A DNA stretch of 64,000 bases from Raillietiella orientalis (taxonomy: Eukaryota), in NCBI GenBank assembly GCA_036172245.1, contig JAYWIR010000029.1, positions 2,604,001-2,668,000 of the forward strand. The letters are read 5' to 3'. The stretch's first letter is position 1, and each line of letters begins with the position of its first letter. Positions 50,101 to 60,958 of this stretch are shown here, piece after piece. A program made the translations under genes and the position numbers. The notes under the pieces are model-generated. The model made no database searches. It saw only the letters and a list, made by a program, of their open reading frames with translations, and was not told the DNA's origin.

Positions 50101-53100
50101 GTGGGGGGGGGGTCCCGGAACGACTATGCGAAGGCTGAGAGGAGAGGTCGGCTAGGGAGACGCCGATTTCCTCCGTCAAGGTCAGAGAATGGGAGGAGGT
50201 TCCGCGGCCTCTTGACTCCGCCTCGGGGCAAAGCCTCATGGCACGGAAGTGCACGTGGTCAGCCGAAACTCCGACCGTCCCAGCAAGGGCGAAAAATCGA
50301 AAAGAATTCTTCCGGGAGTGGAGGGGCGTCTCTCGCGACCCCCGACCAGGGGGACAGGAGAGGAGGGATGCCAATAATGCCGGACAATCGCCCCGGGTGG
50401 CGAGGACGCGGCAGAAAGGAATGGCTTCGCCGGAGGTCAACCGCCTCCCAGAGGAATCCAGGAGAAGCCTGGCCCAGCAATCTCCATGACCTCGAAAGTC
50501 TCGTCTTCTGGGAGCAACCAGCAGACAGCGGAGCCCGCAGTCGCGCGCTGCGGGTCCCTCGGACGCGGGCGAGTCGGGTGAAAGGCCCTCTCCCTTACCC
50601 TCCCATGGGGACCCCTGCGCTCGGGGAGAAGGACAAAGGGCCCGGCCTGACGCGCACGACGTGATGGCCAGCGCGGGAAGAACGGGGGAGTTCGCCAGGA
50701 GTGCGCGCGCAGTCCTCCCTGACCGCCCTCACTGAAATGGAGAGTCCCGGAAGCGCCCGCAGGGACGATCCCACCGGCTACCAAAGACCTCTGTTTCGGA
50801 TGACCCGCATGCAGCACTCAGTGGGTGGGGTCGCCTACCTGCGGGCACTGTTCCGCACCTTTACTCGATGGTCAGGTTCGCCCAGTGGGGAGAGAGAGCC
50901 TTCGTCTCCGGCCGTAGGGCCAGAGCCAGAGCTCGCGGTTGGGCACCTTGGCTCGAGGCTGGCACGTGTTGGATCTCCCGGTCCTTCAGCGGCAGGAGCC
51001 GAGGAAAAGTGCGACAGGGGAAGCCGTCCCGGTAGTCCGGGGGACCTGGAAGGGATTGCTGCTGCTGTTCTTTTCTCGGTGGAGCGGGAAGGAAAAGCAC
51101 GCTCGAGGTCACACTCCCTGCGGCGTGCCCTTCGAAACCCTTCGAGGAAGCTTTCTCGGTCCACGGGAAATCCTTCCCCCTCCCCCCTCCTCAGATGGCG
51201 CATCTTTCTTCTTCCCTGTTGGTCTTGAAAACGAAAATCCCCGCTCTGCAGGGCCGATGAGGAAGGGCGACTGGCGTTCAGCCCGAGGAGGCGGTCAGAG
51301 GACGACGCAGGAAGGAAAAACACGAGCGAATGGGGGAGAAGAGGGAAATTCCGATTCCCTATCCCGCGACTTCTTCAAGACGACGGGTAATTCCTTCCTC
51401 TCCCTCAGCCCCCTTTTTCCGAAGTCCTCCCTCTTCTCCGTGACCTCCCTTTCTTTCGATCTTCACTAGGCAGCAGGCCGACCCCTTGCATGCTAACCTC
51501 TTGCGGAAGATGGGTCTTGAGCAGGTGATTCCGGTTTGCTGCCGACTCCCTGGGCACATACCCTCAGCAGGACAAGACCTTACTTGCTTGACCTCCTGGC
51601 GACCTTTAGTTGCAGGCTGACCAGCAGCTTCCAAAAAACACATACACACACACGTACCCCTCCCCTTGGTTCTTGTCGACAAAGGGCGGCGTGGCCGGCA
51701 TCGCAACTGGCCAAGGGTCCTGCGTGCACGGCTAGAAGCCACTGACACTTTCCTCTGGAGATCACGCCTGCTTTGGCTGGATATGGGAGCGCACTCCCGG
51801 CCGGCGTGAGTTCACCCCCGTCTGTGCTTTCCAGCCTTCCGGTGGCCAGGATTTGTTCATCTTGGAACCGGCCCAACGAAGGGAATCCTTCCCGGGAGTT
51901 GTGTGGCGCGGCTACCCAATGCACCTACCATCCACTCCCCTACATCACAGCTGGGGGTTGCTGCTGGAACTCGGTGAATGCCATGAAGGCTTTTTCGATG
52001 GATCTCAGCAGGGCAAGCGAGCGCATAAAAAATCCTCCGAAAAGAAGGATACAATTGCTTGGCGCTCCCCCTTCTGAAGATCAAGAGCAAATACCGAACG
52101 GCGGAGTATCCCTTGACGTGACTACCTCGGCGCCGTGGGCGGATCACCAGCATCTCCACTGTGTCGCCTGGGAAACTTCGATCCCCTTCTGCCTCCTGAC
52201 CTTGCTGTTGGTCGTTCAGAGGTTTGCAACATGTCTGGGAGCACCTTCAACAAGCTCTTTAGGCTTATAGGACCAAAGGGCCAATCGTCAACCCTCCTCC
52301 GATCGCAGCTTGTGGAACTCTCTTTCTCTTTTTTTAGCATGCAGCTCTCGAGTTCCAAAGGGGCCTCACCCTGGCGCCGAAGCAGCTGCTGCTCTTAGTG
52401 GAAAACGGGCCACCCGCTGTGGAACCAGACGCGCCAGTCTTCCTGAAGTTGGATCCCACTGTACTTGGAACAAGGGAGACGCAGGAAACCGGCGTCTCTG
52501 GTGTTCCGTGTGCTCCCGTGTTGGCGCCCTCCGACTCGAGGCGGTTCACAACGTGGAGGCACAGAGTGAAGCAGCCACGCGGTCAGCGCCTGCCGAGGAG
52601 GTTCCGAGAGAGAAAAGGTGGCATACAGATAAGGCGACGTCAGCGTCCATCCCCATCCACGTCATCTGGATGGCATTTTCGTTGCCATGATTTGTGCCCT
52701 TTCGGTAGGATCCATTCTTCGGAGGAGGGTTCCTTGTCCCGGTTCCCAGGACCATCCGAGAATCTTCACCGGCTACGATTTCTCTCGCACTACTACGTAA
52801 TGGTCCTCATGAATCATCTTTCTCTATTCAAGGAGTCGCCCTCCGACAGTTGCAAACTTCCCTCGTTGTAACGAGAGGCTGTGATCATCGCAATCAGGAG
52901 CAAGATGTCATTACTCTCGCTAATATCTTCCGAGATCGGAGAACGCTAGGCGAGTACGGTGATATCTCATGAGGATCCGTGCTCCTCTCAGCAGGGTACG
53001 GTGAATTCTCCAATTCCATCTTTCGTGAGATGACTCTTGCACGCTGCTGCGCTAATTGCCGAGACGTCGCGAGTGGCAAAAGCAGCGTCGTCCTCAAAAT

Positions 53101-56100
53101 ACGATACTGAGGCAGATCATTCACGAGAACAAAAAACTCGAATGATTTATTCGTCACCGCTGGCGTGGAGGGATTACGTTCCCAAATGGGGTGCAGGCCA
53201 AACACACAAACAAGGAAAGGAGGGGGGGAGGGAGGCGAAGCACCCACTGTCCCTTATGAACGAGATCTCGGCATTAATCTCCTTGATAAGGCATATCGAA
53301 AAATCAGTTGCGCATCAAAGAGCGGCACCCAAATGCAACGATAGGTCGTTTCAAAGGTCGCTTCACAAAAACCCTCGTGCGCGAGTCGCGGAAACTGCAA
53401 CGGCGCCGGCGCGGGGTTAGCGCGCCTTTGAAGGCTGCGCGCGCATCAAACATGGCGTTCCCGGCTGGAGCCGGGGAGCGCTTCTCCGGCAAAAAAAGGC
53501 GAGTGGCTAATATCGTGACAAAAAAAGGGGGGGGGGGTGAGGGAAAGGGGCTCTGCAACGTAGAGGTCTGCGAGCATCTGTGTTAATTAGTGTATAAGCG
53601 CGTCTTATAATTGGATGTTTTCATAATTACCTATGAAGTAAAAAGTAGCTAGCTGCATGCGTGTTCGCGGAAACGTATATGCGTAGTGGTACTGCAGCAC
53701 ATGCCAAGGATACCGTAGTACCACACGATCGTAAGAGTACATAACTGTATATTCACTCCAAAGTAGGGGAATACGCGCGCTCAGCGTTAGGTTTGCAGCG
53801 ATGCTGCATTCCTCATGCATGCATATGAGCCGGTGCTTGCAGACACATCAGGACGAGTTCACTGTACAAACTCCAAGAAAGCCGATCTCTTGAGTCTTGT
53901 GGGTAAAGGGTGGATGAAAGGATGTGCGTGGGTGGGCAGCATACGCGAATGCGAGGTGCCTTTCTCACTCGACCGTGGTTGCTGCTGTCGGTCCAGCCAC
54001 ATTCCCGACCTACACAGCCATGAGGCACATCGTACCTGTCTGGACATGCTGGCGCTCTCGAGGTAACATTCTAAGCATCGTTTCTCTGGTTGTTACGTTC
54101 AGATGAGAATACCCTCAGCACCGGACTACTCCAAGGAAGCAGGGTTCCCCCCATCCCGTACGGGCTACATTGTAGCACATGCACATCCGCGCCACGTGCA
54201 AATAGGGGGGGGGGGGAGGGGATTCCCCGAGTGTGATGATCAGGAGCATGATACGTGCCTCGTACACGCGGTGAACGGTAGGCTTTGCGTACATACGGAT
54301 TTAAGAGGCAAGGGACGCGACGGCGGTCACGACACGCTTTAGCGCGGATGTACAGCCGGCTATGCAGAGAAGTCGCCCTCTCTGGCGTTTGTCTCCTTGC
54401 TCCTCGAGGGAGTCCAAGCGGAGGGGGAAGGCGCGCATAAACAAGGTCTGGAACAACCCTGTACCCCACACGGATGGTCTCGTCCGCAGGATCGTTTACA
54501 GGAGACTCATTTAGGGAAGAACGTCGAAGCACGGCGGGTGCCGCGGGAAGCATGCAGACGTAACCTGGCGCCTGGCTGAGCCGCGGGTTGCGCGACCACA
54601 GCCAACCGGAATCCGGGAGACCCAACGGACTATGCCGCCTTCTGGCGGGGAAAAACAAATAAACCGGCAAGCGGCCCGTTAGGGATTCGAATCTCTCCCT
54701 CCGATCGGCTCGCACAGATCTCGCAGCGGCGCGGTGTGGCTGCTGCTGAACGGACACGAATCAGCCCCACCAAGTTTTGCCTACATTTTTTTTTTTTTTT
54801 TTTTTTGCCTTTTTATTCGTTTTCATTGTTTTTCCCGTCTGACACACCTCTCTCATCCCTGAGCAAGCGAAGATATTGAACCGTTATAATGCGCTGCAAC
54901 CAATAGGAAGAGATAATGAGGAAAAATGTGCATCAGAGAGGCAGATACGATTGTACTGCGTGTGCTACTTTCATCCTACCTAGACTCGCTCGCCATCTTC
55001 AACGGCAACGGCAATGCTTAGAAGTGCAGCGACAAGCGTGACCACAGTTACACTTCACTGGCAATGAACTTGTTAGAGAAAGGACAAGATCACTTCTCCT
55101 GATGCCGGCTAGATTCTCCCATCTGGGAACCTGACCCTCTGGTCCGAAAAACATTGAGCGGCGCTCTCCATCTTGGGAGCAGTGCTGCCCTTCGTTCGCT
55201 TTCAAGAGGTCGAAGAAAATTGCATCCGCACGCAGCAACGGATCACAACTGCCAAGGTTTTCGGAAGAAGCAGCGACAAGGGTCCATTCCTCAAAGAGAT
55301 CACAGCCACCTCACAGTCGAACCTCGCAGAGTGATGAGACAGAGAGAAGCGAGGAACAGGCTCCAGCAGATGGCGAGTAGCTGCCGCATCCTGTGAACAA
55401 GTTCCACTCTCCTGTTTCCCTAAAGCTTAGTAGTGGCCAGCGGGACCAAGGAGGTCCGCTTCAGGAACTGCTCCACAAGTTCTTGCCCTCTCGTTCCGCC
55501 CGACGAGCGGAGTCCAGGTTCGCCATCAAAAAAGATGACGCGAGTTTATCCTGAGAAAGGCGACTTCCCTAAGGAGCAGAACTTTTGTTCCCGGGGACAG
55601 GACGGACCAGCAACTCTACGCATGTCTGGGTTTTCGCCTTTGGCAATGCTGGCATCTTGCCTCCCCCTTTCTCTTCGGCGCCATCTGCAGGCCATCCCAA
55701 TACATTCGTGCCCGAGCTGCTTCCGCTCCGACCCACGAATGAGAGTAAAGATGCAGCCTGACACAAATCGCAGACACCTTCCAGATGATTCAGGGTGACG
55801 GGCAGCATCTCTGAGCGGGTGGCGCGCTTTTCACTCGCCCACCGGTAGGACCACGTCGAGGAGGTGAGACGAAACGGAAACCATCGGAATCTGTGCCACG
55901 CGGCATGCAGACGTCACCTGGCCGCTCCCCTCGCTGCTGCTTCAGCACCGCCCGCCTCCCCCTGACCGCAACCGGTCCGGGCAGCGGATGTGTCCAGGAG
56001 CGCTGCCACAGGCATTGTCCACAAAACATGGGAGTTCGCACCTCTGCGTTCTCCTGTCGATCCCTTCTCGTACTGTTGGTCGCCAGTCTCGAGAACACGG

Positions 56101-57474
56101 CCGCAGGCGATGCAGTTTCTTGACGATCCGATCGCACGCCGCGGTGCGATACGCGAGGGATGGGCTCGCCCTCTTCGGACCACAGGCTGGTGAAAAGGAA
56201 CCGTGGTCGCCCGAGGGAAACGTGACCTCGACAGTACGCACCGAGCGCAGGGAGGAAGTCAGCAATTGTTCTGATGCTGATGAAAAGATGGCGGCAGATG
56301 GCATCCGCGTCGCGACTCCAGCTCCTTCCGTTGCTAGGCAGGGGAGCGAGCGACCGGGATGAAGGTCCTCGGAAAAGTGGGCACTCGCCTGAGGGCGAAA
56401 GCTGGGCAAAACGGAACGGAACTCATTTGCCACGGAAAGGAGGAATGGCCACGCCTCGGAGAGAGTCCGCGGATGATATTTCGAGATGGGAGTGAAAATC
56501 CTCCGAGACTGCCTCCTTCGCCTTCCGGAACGAGACCAAGAGGGAGAGCGAGCAAAGCGGGACGTCACTCCCCCCCTGGGGCTCGCCTTCCGGGAAGCCG
56601 GCAGCACGTGTTTCCCGCTCGCATTTCGCCTCGAGGGTTGCTTTTCGGTATCTTCGCGTCAGCTGCTCCCACGCGTGCTGCCTGCCGGTTGTTCCTTCTT
56701 GCAGAGGGGAGCAGGCAGGCAGGTCGCATCGAGGGTCATGTAATACCCCGGGGATCGAACAGATCCCTCCCCTTCCGTGAGTGAGATGACTGACCCTAGT
56801 GGCGAATGGGGGGTGAAAGCTCCATCGCTCCACGCCTGCTTCTCCGAGGCAGGCCCTCTCGAACGATTCTTCTGCCTCCCGGCAAAGCCGAAGCGGCGGC
56901 GCAGGCGCGTCGGAAGCGCAGCAGCCCTCCCGCAGTCTCGGGCTAAGCCGTGGATTGCGCTGCACCATGCGGGTGGCAGCACGACGCCTGCCGACAGCTC
57001 GCGGAACGAGGGAGAAGCAGATCCCGAGGTTCCCGGAAGCTCTCGGACCAGTGCTGGAGCGCACGGGCTGGGTTGGGCACCCTCGGCTTGAGCTGGTGAG
57101 AGCGTCGGACGTGAAAGAAGCGCACGGTTCTGGTGCCCAGGACAATGGAGGTTGTACAGCCACCACAAAGAAAACCATGGGCGGGCGGAGAGTGGAAAAT
57201 GAAGCCCACCCGCGGGATGCATGATGGTCCAACCGTCCTCACGCGTTCTTTCGACTCTGCAGCGAGGCTGTGCTGCTGCACCTTATTCTTAGACGCCGAG
57301 ACAGATGGATGCTCCCTTGGATGAAACACCCGCAACCGAGGCTTCCCATTTTGGTTTGTTTCTTCGCACGGATTCCCGTAAAGCTGGCACTGAAAATAGG
57401 AGCAAGGGCCTAACGGCGAAAGGGGCAAGGGATAGTGGACTTGCACTACTTTGTCGGTTTACTTCTGTTCCGAC

Positions 57475-57897
57475 TTGAGCACGCTCACCACGGATACAAT
57501 GATCCAGCTGGGACGTCTCTTGGAGTGATGGTTACGCGCTCGGCATGGATAGCGCGTGGATTTGTATCTTCAAGGAGGCCGACCAAAGAGGTTTCACTCG
57601 CCTCTTGCAGGGTCAGCACGATCGCCGAGCTTTGGAAACGCAAATCCGTTTTGAAATCTTGAGCGTTCCCACTAGTGCTAAACGTTGGAAAGGTAACATG
57701 CGCATCAGTGGCTCCGTGCACTTCTGGTATTGACGAATCTCTCGTGAGGCAGTAGTGCCCGGTCGGTAACCATGAAGCTTCTTAACACCTCCTGCGGCTC
57801 AAAAGAGTGCTCTCTTTTGAGTTGTCTTCGCTGCTAACTGCTCCCTTGGCGCCCTGCAACCAGTATTTTTAATAGCCGTTTGCTTTGCAAGAGCCAT
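57475..57897 (-). pseudogene. His3: Histone H3 pseudogene (full length, intronless, decayed)
   Basis: Translates as [72 protein letters not shown] / [51 protein letters not shown] / [11 protein letters not shown]. This is collinear with H3 but has one stop, two frameshifts, and CAA where the stop codon should be. Confidence 0.95.
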
Positions 57898-58769
57898 TCT
57901 TTGTCAAGAACACACTTCTTCAGCCACCAAGAACAACCGCAACTTCAGAATGGGCAGCCCCCCGTGCTGCTTGGTAAGAGGGGAAGTCTTTTCTGGAGCT
58001 CCCCTCGTCGTCCGATGTCCCTTCAGTCTTCCACGTCTTCCAAGTCGCCTCCTTGGGCGGGTGAGGAGGAGGACACTTTGCTGATCTTTCTCGAGCTATC
58101 CTCCCCCCCCCCCCCTCCCTTAGACTTCCCTGAATACTTGGCAAATCCACGAGGAACCGCGGCACGAGACGCGTTGCCAGGAACCTAGGATCTTTTCTCA
58201 TACTTGCGAACGGGCCCTCCTGATCGAAAGACTGCTTTCGAGCCTTCCAGCTGCGCTCAAGGCAAAGCTTTCCTCAGAGCTGCCCGCGGAGGAGGAGGTC
58301 TGAGCTGGACGGATGAATGGATGGTCCTTGGCGGCTGAGGCAAATCACCCCCTCCCCTTTCCATTCTGCGTAGTGCTCATTCTTTTCTGGAACGTTGTAG
58401 AGGACATCCGAAAGTTGAATTGCACCCCTTCTGAGCCACCTGGGTGTTCACATGCGGGATGATTGCAAAGCATCGGCCCACGCTGATGCTGGTACGTGTG
58501 TGAAATGGAGCTTCCAGGTGTGTACGCGCATGTGCGCTTGAACTGGTAGGAACGAGACGGGATAGCGGAAGGGCATTCGAGGTCTTTCGAATCTTTCCGT
58601 CACCTGACCTGCCACCGAATTTTGAGAGATCAGTCGTGTTCCTCTCTTTCGAGAGAGAGGGAAGCGTGCATTCGTCCAAGAGACGATCCATCCGCTGTGA
58701 ATGTTCGGATGTCTCTGCAGACGCGGGATGAGACCCACAGGTACCTAAGGAGCTTCTCTTCTCCTTGAA

Positions 58770-59084
58770 GGACCGGCTGACAAAGGTGGGGACTGTGCCT
58801 GGACGGAACGTAGCCAAAGACGACGCTGGTGGAGGTCCGAAGCGACCTGACGTAAGAAAAGGTCATGAGAACTGGATGTGGGGATGGGAGATGAATCGAA
58901 CCACCTGGTAGCTGGTTGCCTTCGAAGTTTCCCTCGAGATAGCTGGCTCTCGTCGAAGCAGAAGGGAATTCGGAGTCCCATCGGGTGAACCGAATGATCA
59001 GAGAAGCCTTGGGGCCGAAATAACCTCGACCTGTTCGAAATGGGTACGGAGTCCGGCTTGCTCGAATGCCGAAGCTCGGACGGG
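58770..59084 (+). pseudogene. Decayed 28S (LSU) rDNA fragment
   Basis: Matches the conserved LSU core downstream of D3: CTGGTGGAGGTCCG, CTGACGT, AATCGAACCACCTGGTAGCTGGTT, CGAAGTTTCCCTC..GATAGCTGG, CGAATGATCAGAG, CTTGGGGCCGAAA, AAATGGGTA. It carries many substitutions and small deletions, so it is not a functional rRNA gene. Confidence 0.9.
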
Positions 59085-59111
59085 TGTCAGCCTCCTCCCC
59101 GGTGGTCCTGC

Positions 59112-60143
59112 TTTTTTTTTTTTTTAATGCCAGTAGCGACCCCACGAGGAGATCGTTACTATTGGCCTAGGATGATGGAAATCCTTGGGTTTTTCTTGTT
59201 ATTCTGTCTTCGCTGTTTATTCCTTCCGGCTATTCTTTTTCTTTTTTTTTTTTTCGGGTTTTCTTTTTTTTGGTCCGCTAAGTACCTAGAGCCGGTTGAG
59301 TGCCTCATGGCGCACGTGGCTCTTTAAACACACTGTTTTGTTTCCACACCACTCCCCTGCGGCAGCCCGCAGGGGGGCGTGTAATTCTTCTGGATAGGGA
59401 GCACTCCGGGATGGGGTCCGCCCTATGAACTCAGGAAAGGTCTCGGAGTCCGTTCCTCTCACGCTTGGGGAGGGATCCCCCCGGATGGAGGGGATCGCAC
59501 CTTCCACCCTGGTTGCCTCCAAAGGGGAACCCTGAAGGGAATCTCCTTCCTCATTCTCTTCGGAGGGACACCCCCCTAATGGGGAAGGCAGTCCTCTCCA
59601 TTTCATCTTCTCCGAAGGGAACCCGCAAGGGAAGTGCTCCTGTTCACTCCTCTGAAGAGAACCCCGAAGGGATGCTTCCGAAACTCAGAGGGGGAGCTGC
59701 AGCTTCCCGCAGGGAATCGCTCTCGCTTGCTTCCTTGCACTCTATGAAGAGGCGACGACTCGGAGGAACCCCCGCAACAGGGGGGTCCGCTCCTTTGAAC
59801 AACTGGAGAGGTGCCAGTGAAGGCTCCTGTTCCATCTTGAAACCGGAGGGGACCTCCGGTGAGGGAGGTTGCTCTCCGTTGTACGACCGGAGGGGGAACT
59901 CCCCACTCCTAGATTCCTGGAAGGACCCGAAGGTCGACTCCCATTGTTCCAGCCTTCATCAGGGGCCTCCTGGCTTAATCCACCGCCGGTGCCACGCCCG
60001 AATATCTGGGCCAACCAGCACCATCTTGCAGGAGAAACTCGGAACCCAACGACGCAGTGGCATCAGTTTCTGCCAGAGTATTCGATCCCGCAACGCATGG
60101 TACCATGAGCGGAAGCCTTAACCACAAAGCCTCCTATGCGGGC
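59112..60143 (-). mobile_element. tRNA-headed SINE-like element, copy D (full length, poly(A) tail, 14-bp TSD)
   Basis: Minus strand begins GCCCGC..GGAGGCTTTGTGGTTAAGG (A-box-like), then GCGGGATCGAATAC (B-box-like), and ends in A14 (T-run 59112-59125). It is flanked by the direct repeat GGTGGTCCTGCTTT at 59101-59114 and 60145-60158. Confidence 0.85.
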
Positions 60144-60958
60144 GGGTGGTCCTGCTTTGGTGACCAGGATGAACCAAACACGTTGGGTTACGGCGCCTGA
60201 TGCGAGACGCTCATCAGCTCCCACGAGAGGTGACGGTTGCTATGGGCAGCAGGACGGTGGTCGTGGAAACTAGAAGCCGGCAAGGAGTGCGTAGCCGTAG
60301 CCTGCAACTGGTCCTGCCAACAGGCCGCGTCGAAACACCCAAAGCGCGCCCAACCGAACCCATTCCTGCCCTCTGGAGTTCCGTCGTCGGGGGGCACGGC
60401 AGCGTAGGGCATTCCTGCGGGTCACGGCGGCAAAGCATGCATCAGACCTCGCCTCTGTTGGCACAGAACTCTTGGTGACAGACACTCCAACGAGGATCTG
60501 ACGTGGGGGGGTTGGAGATGGGGATGGGGGCTCGAATATTCTTCCGTGCATCCCGACCCCTGAGAGCCAGAAAATCGCACCCACGAAACGCAAAACTGCC
60601 AACCTGCACGCGCGTCCGGGTCGTCGCGACAGTGTCGCGCAGAAACCTCGCTCACCGGAGGCAGAGCAAGAAGAATCTTTCCCGAGAGAGGAACTTTCCA
60701 AAAAAGAAAAAAAAAAAAACAATGAAAAAGGTCAACATCTCGGGGCAATTTTATTGTTTTTTTTTTTTTTCTCGCAAATGTGTGCGTGTGCGCGCATTTC
60801 TTTGCGTGTGTGCACGTGTGAGAAAAGGGCTGGACGAGCCCCTCTGGCGCAGCCGCATTCCTGCACAAACCCGAAAGTTCCTCGGCTTTATTTCCTGCAC
60901 CGTGGGTCACTGTCCACCGTCACCGCTTACGTGCTTCGTGGCGCGGGGGAAGCGGCTG

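Noticed and set aside
40000..57300. Many 100-400 aa ORFs in GC-rich intron and upstream DNA, e.g. 44255-45448 and 47573-48592
   Set aside because: Low stop frequency in GC-rich DNA explains them; apart from LRR exon 1, none shows a domain or consistent splice pattern.
59500..59940. Regularly recurring GAAGGGAA motifs resembling a CRISPR array
   Set aside because: The units are degenerate, lack identical repeats with unique spacers, have no cas genes nearby, and the context is eukaryotic.
59465..60121. 218-aa ORF duplicated at 63285-63941
   Set aside because: It is antisense to the SINE, starts at TTG, has no domain-like sequence, and is not preserved in diverged copies.
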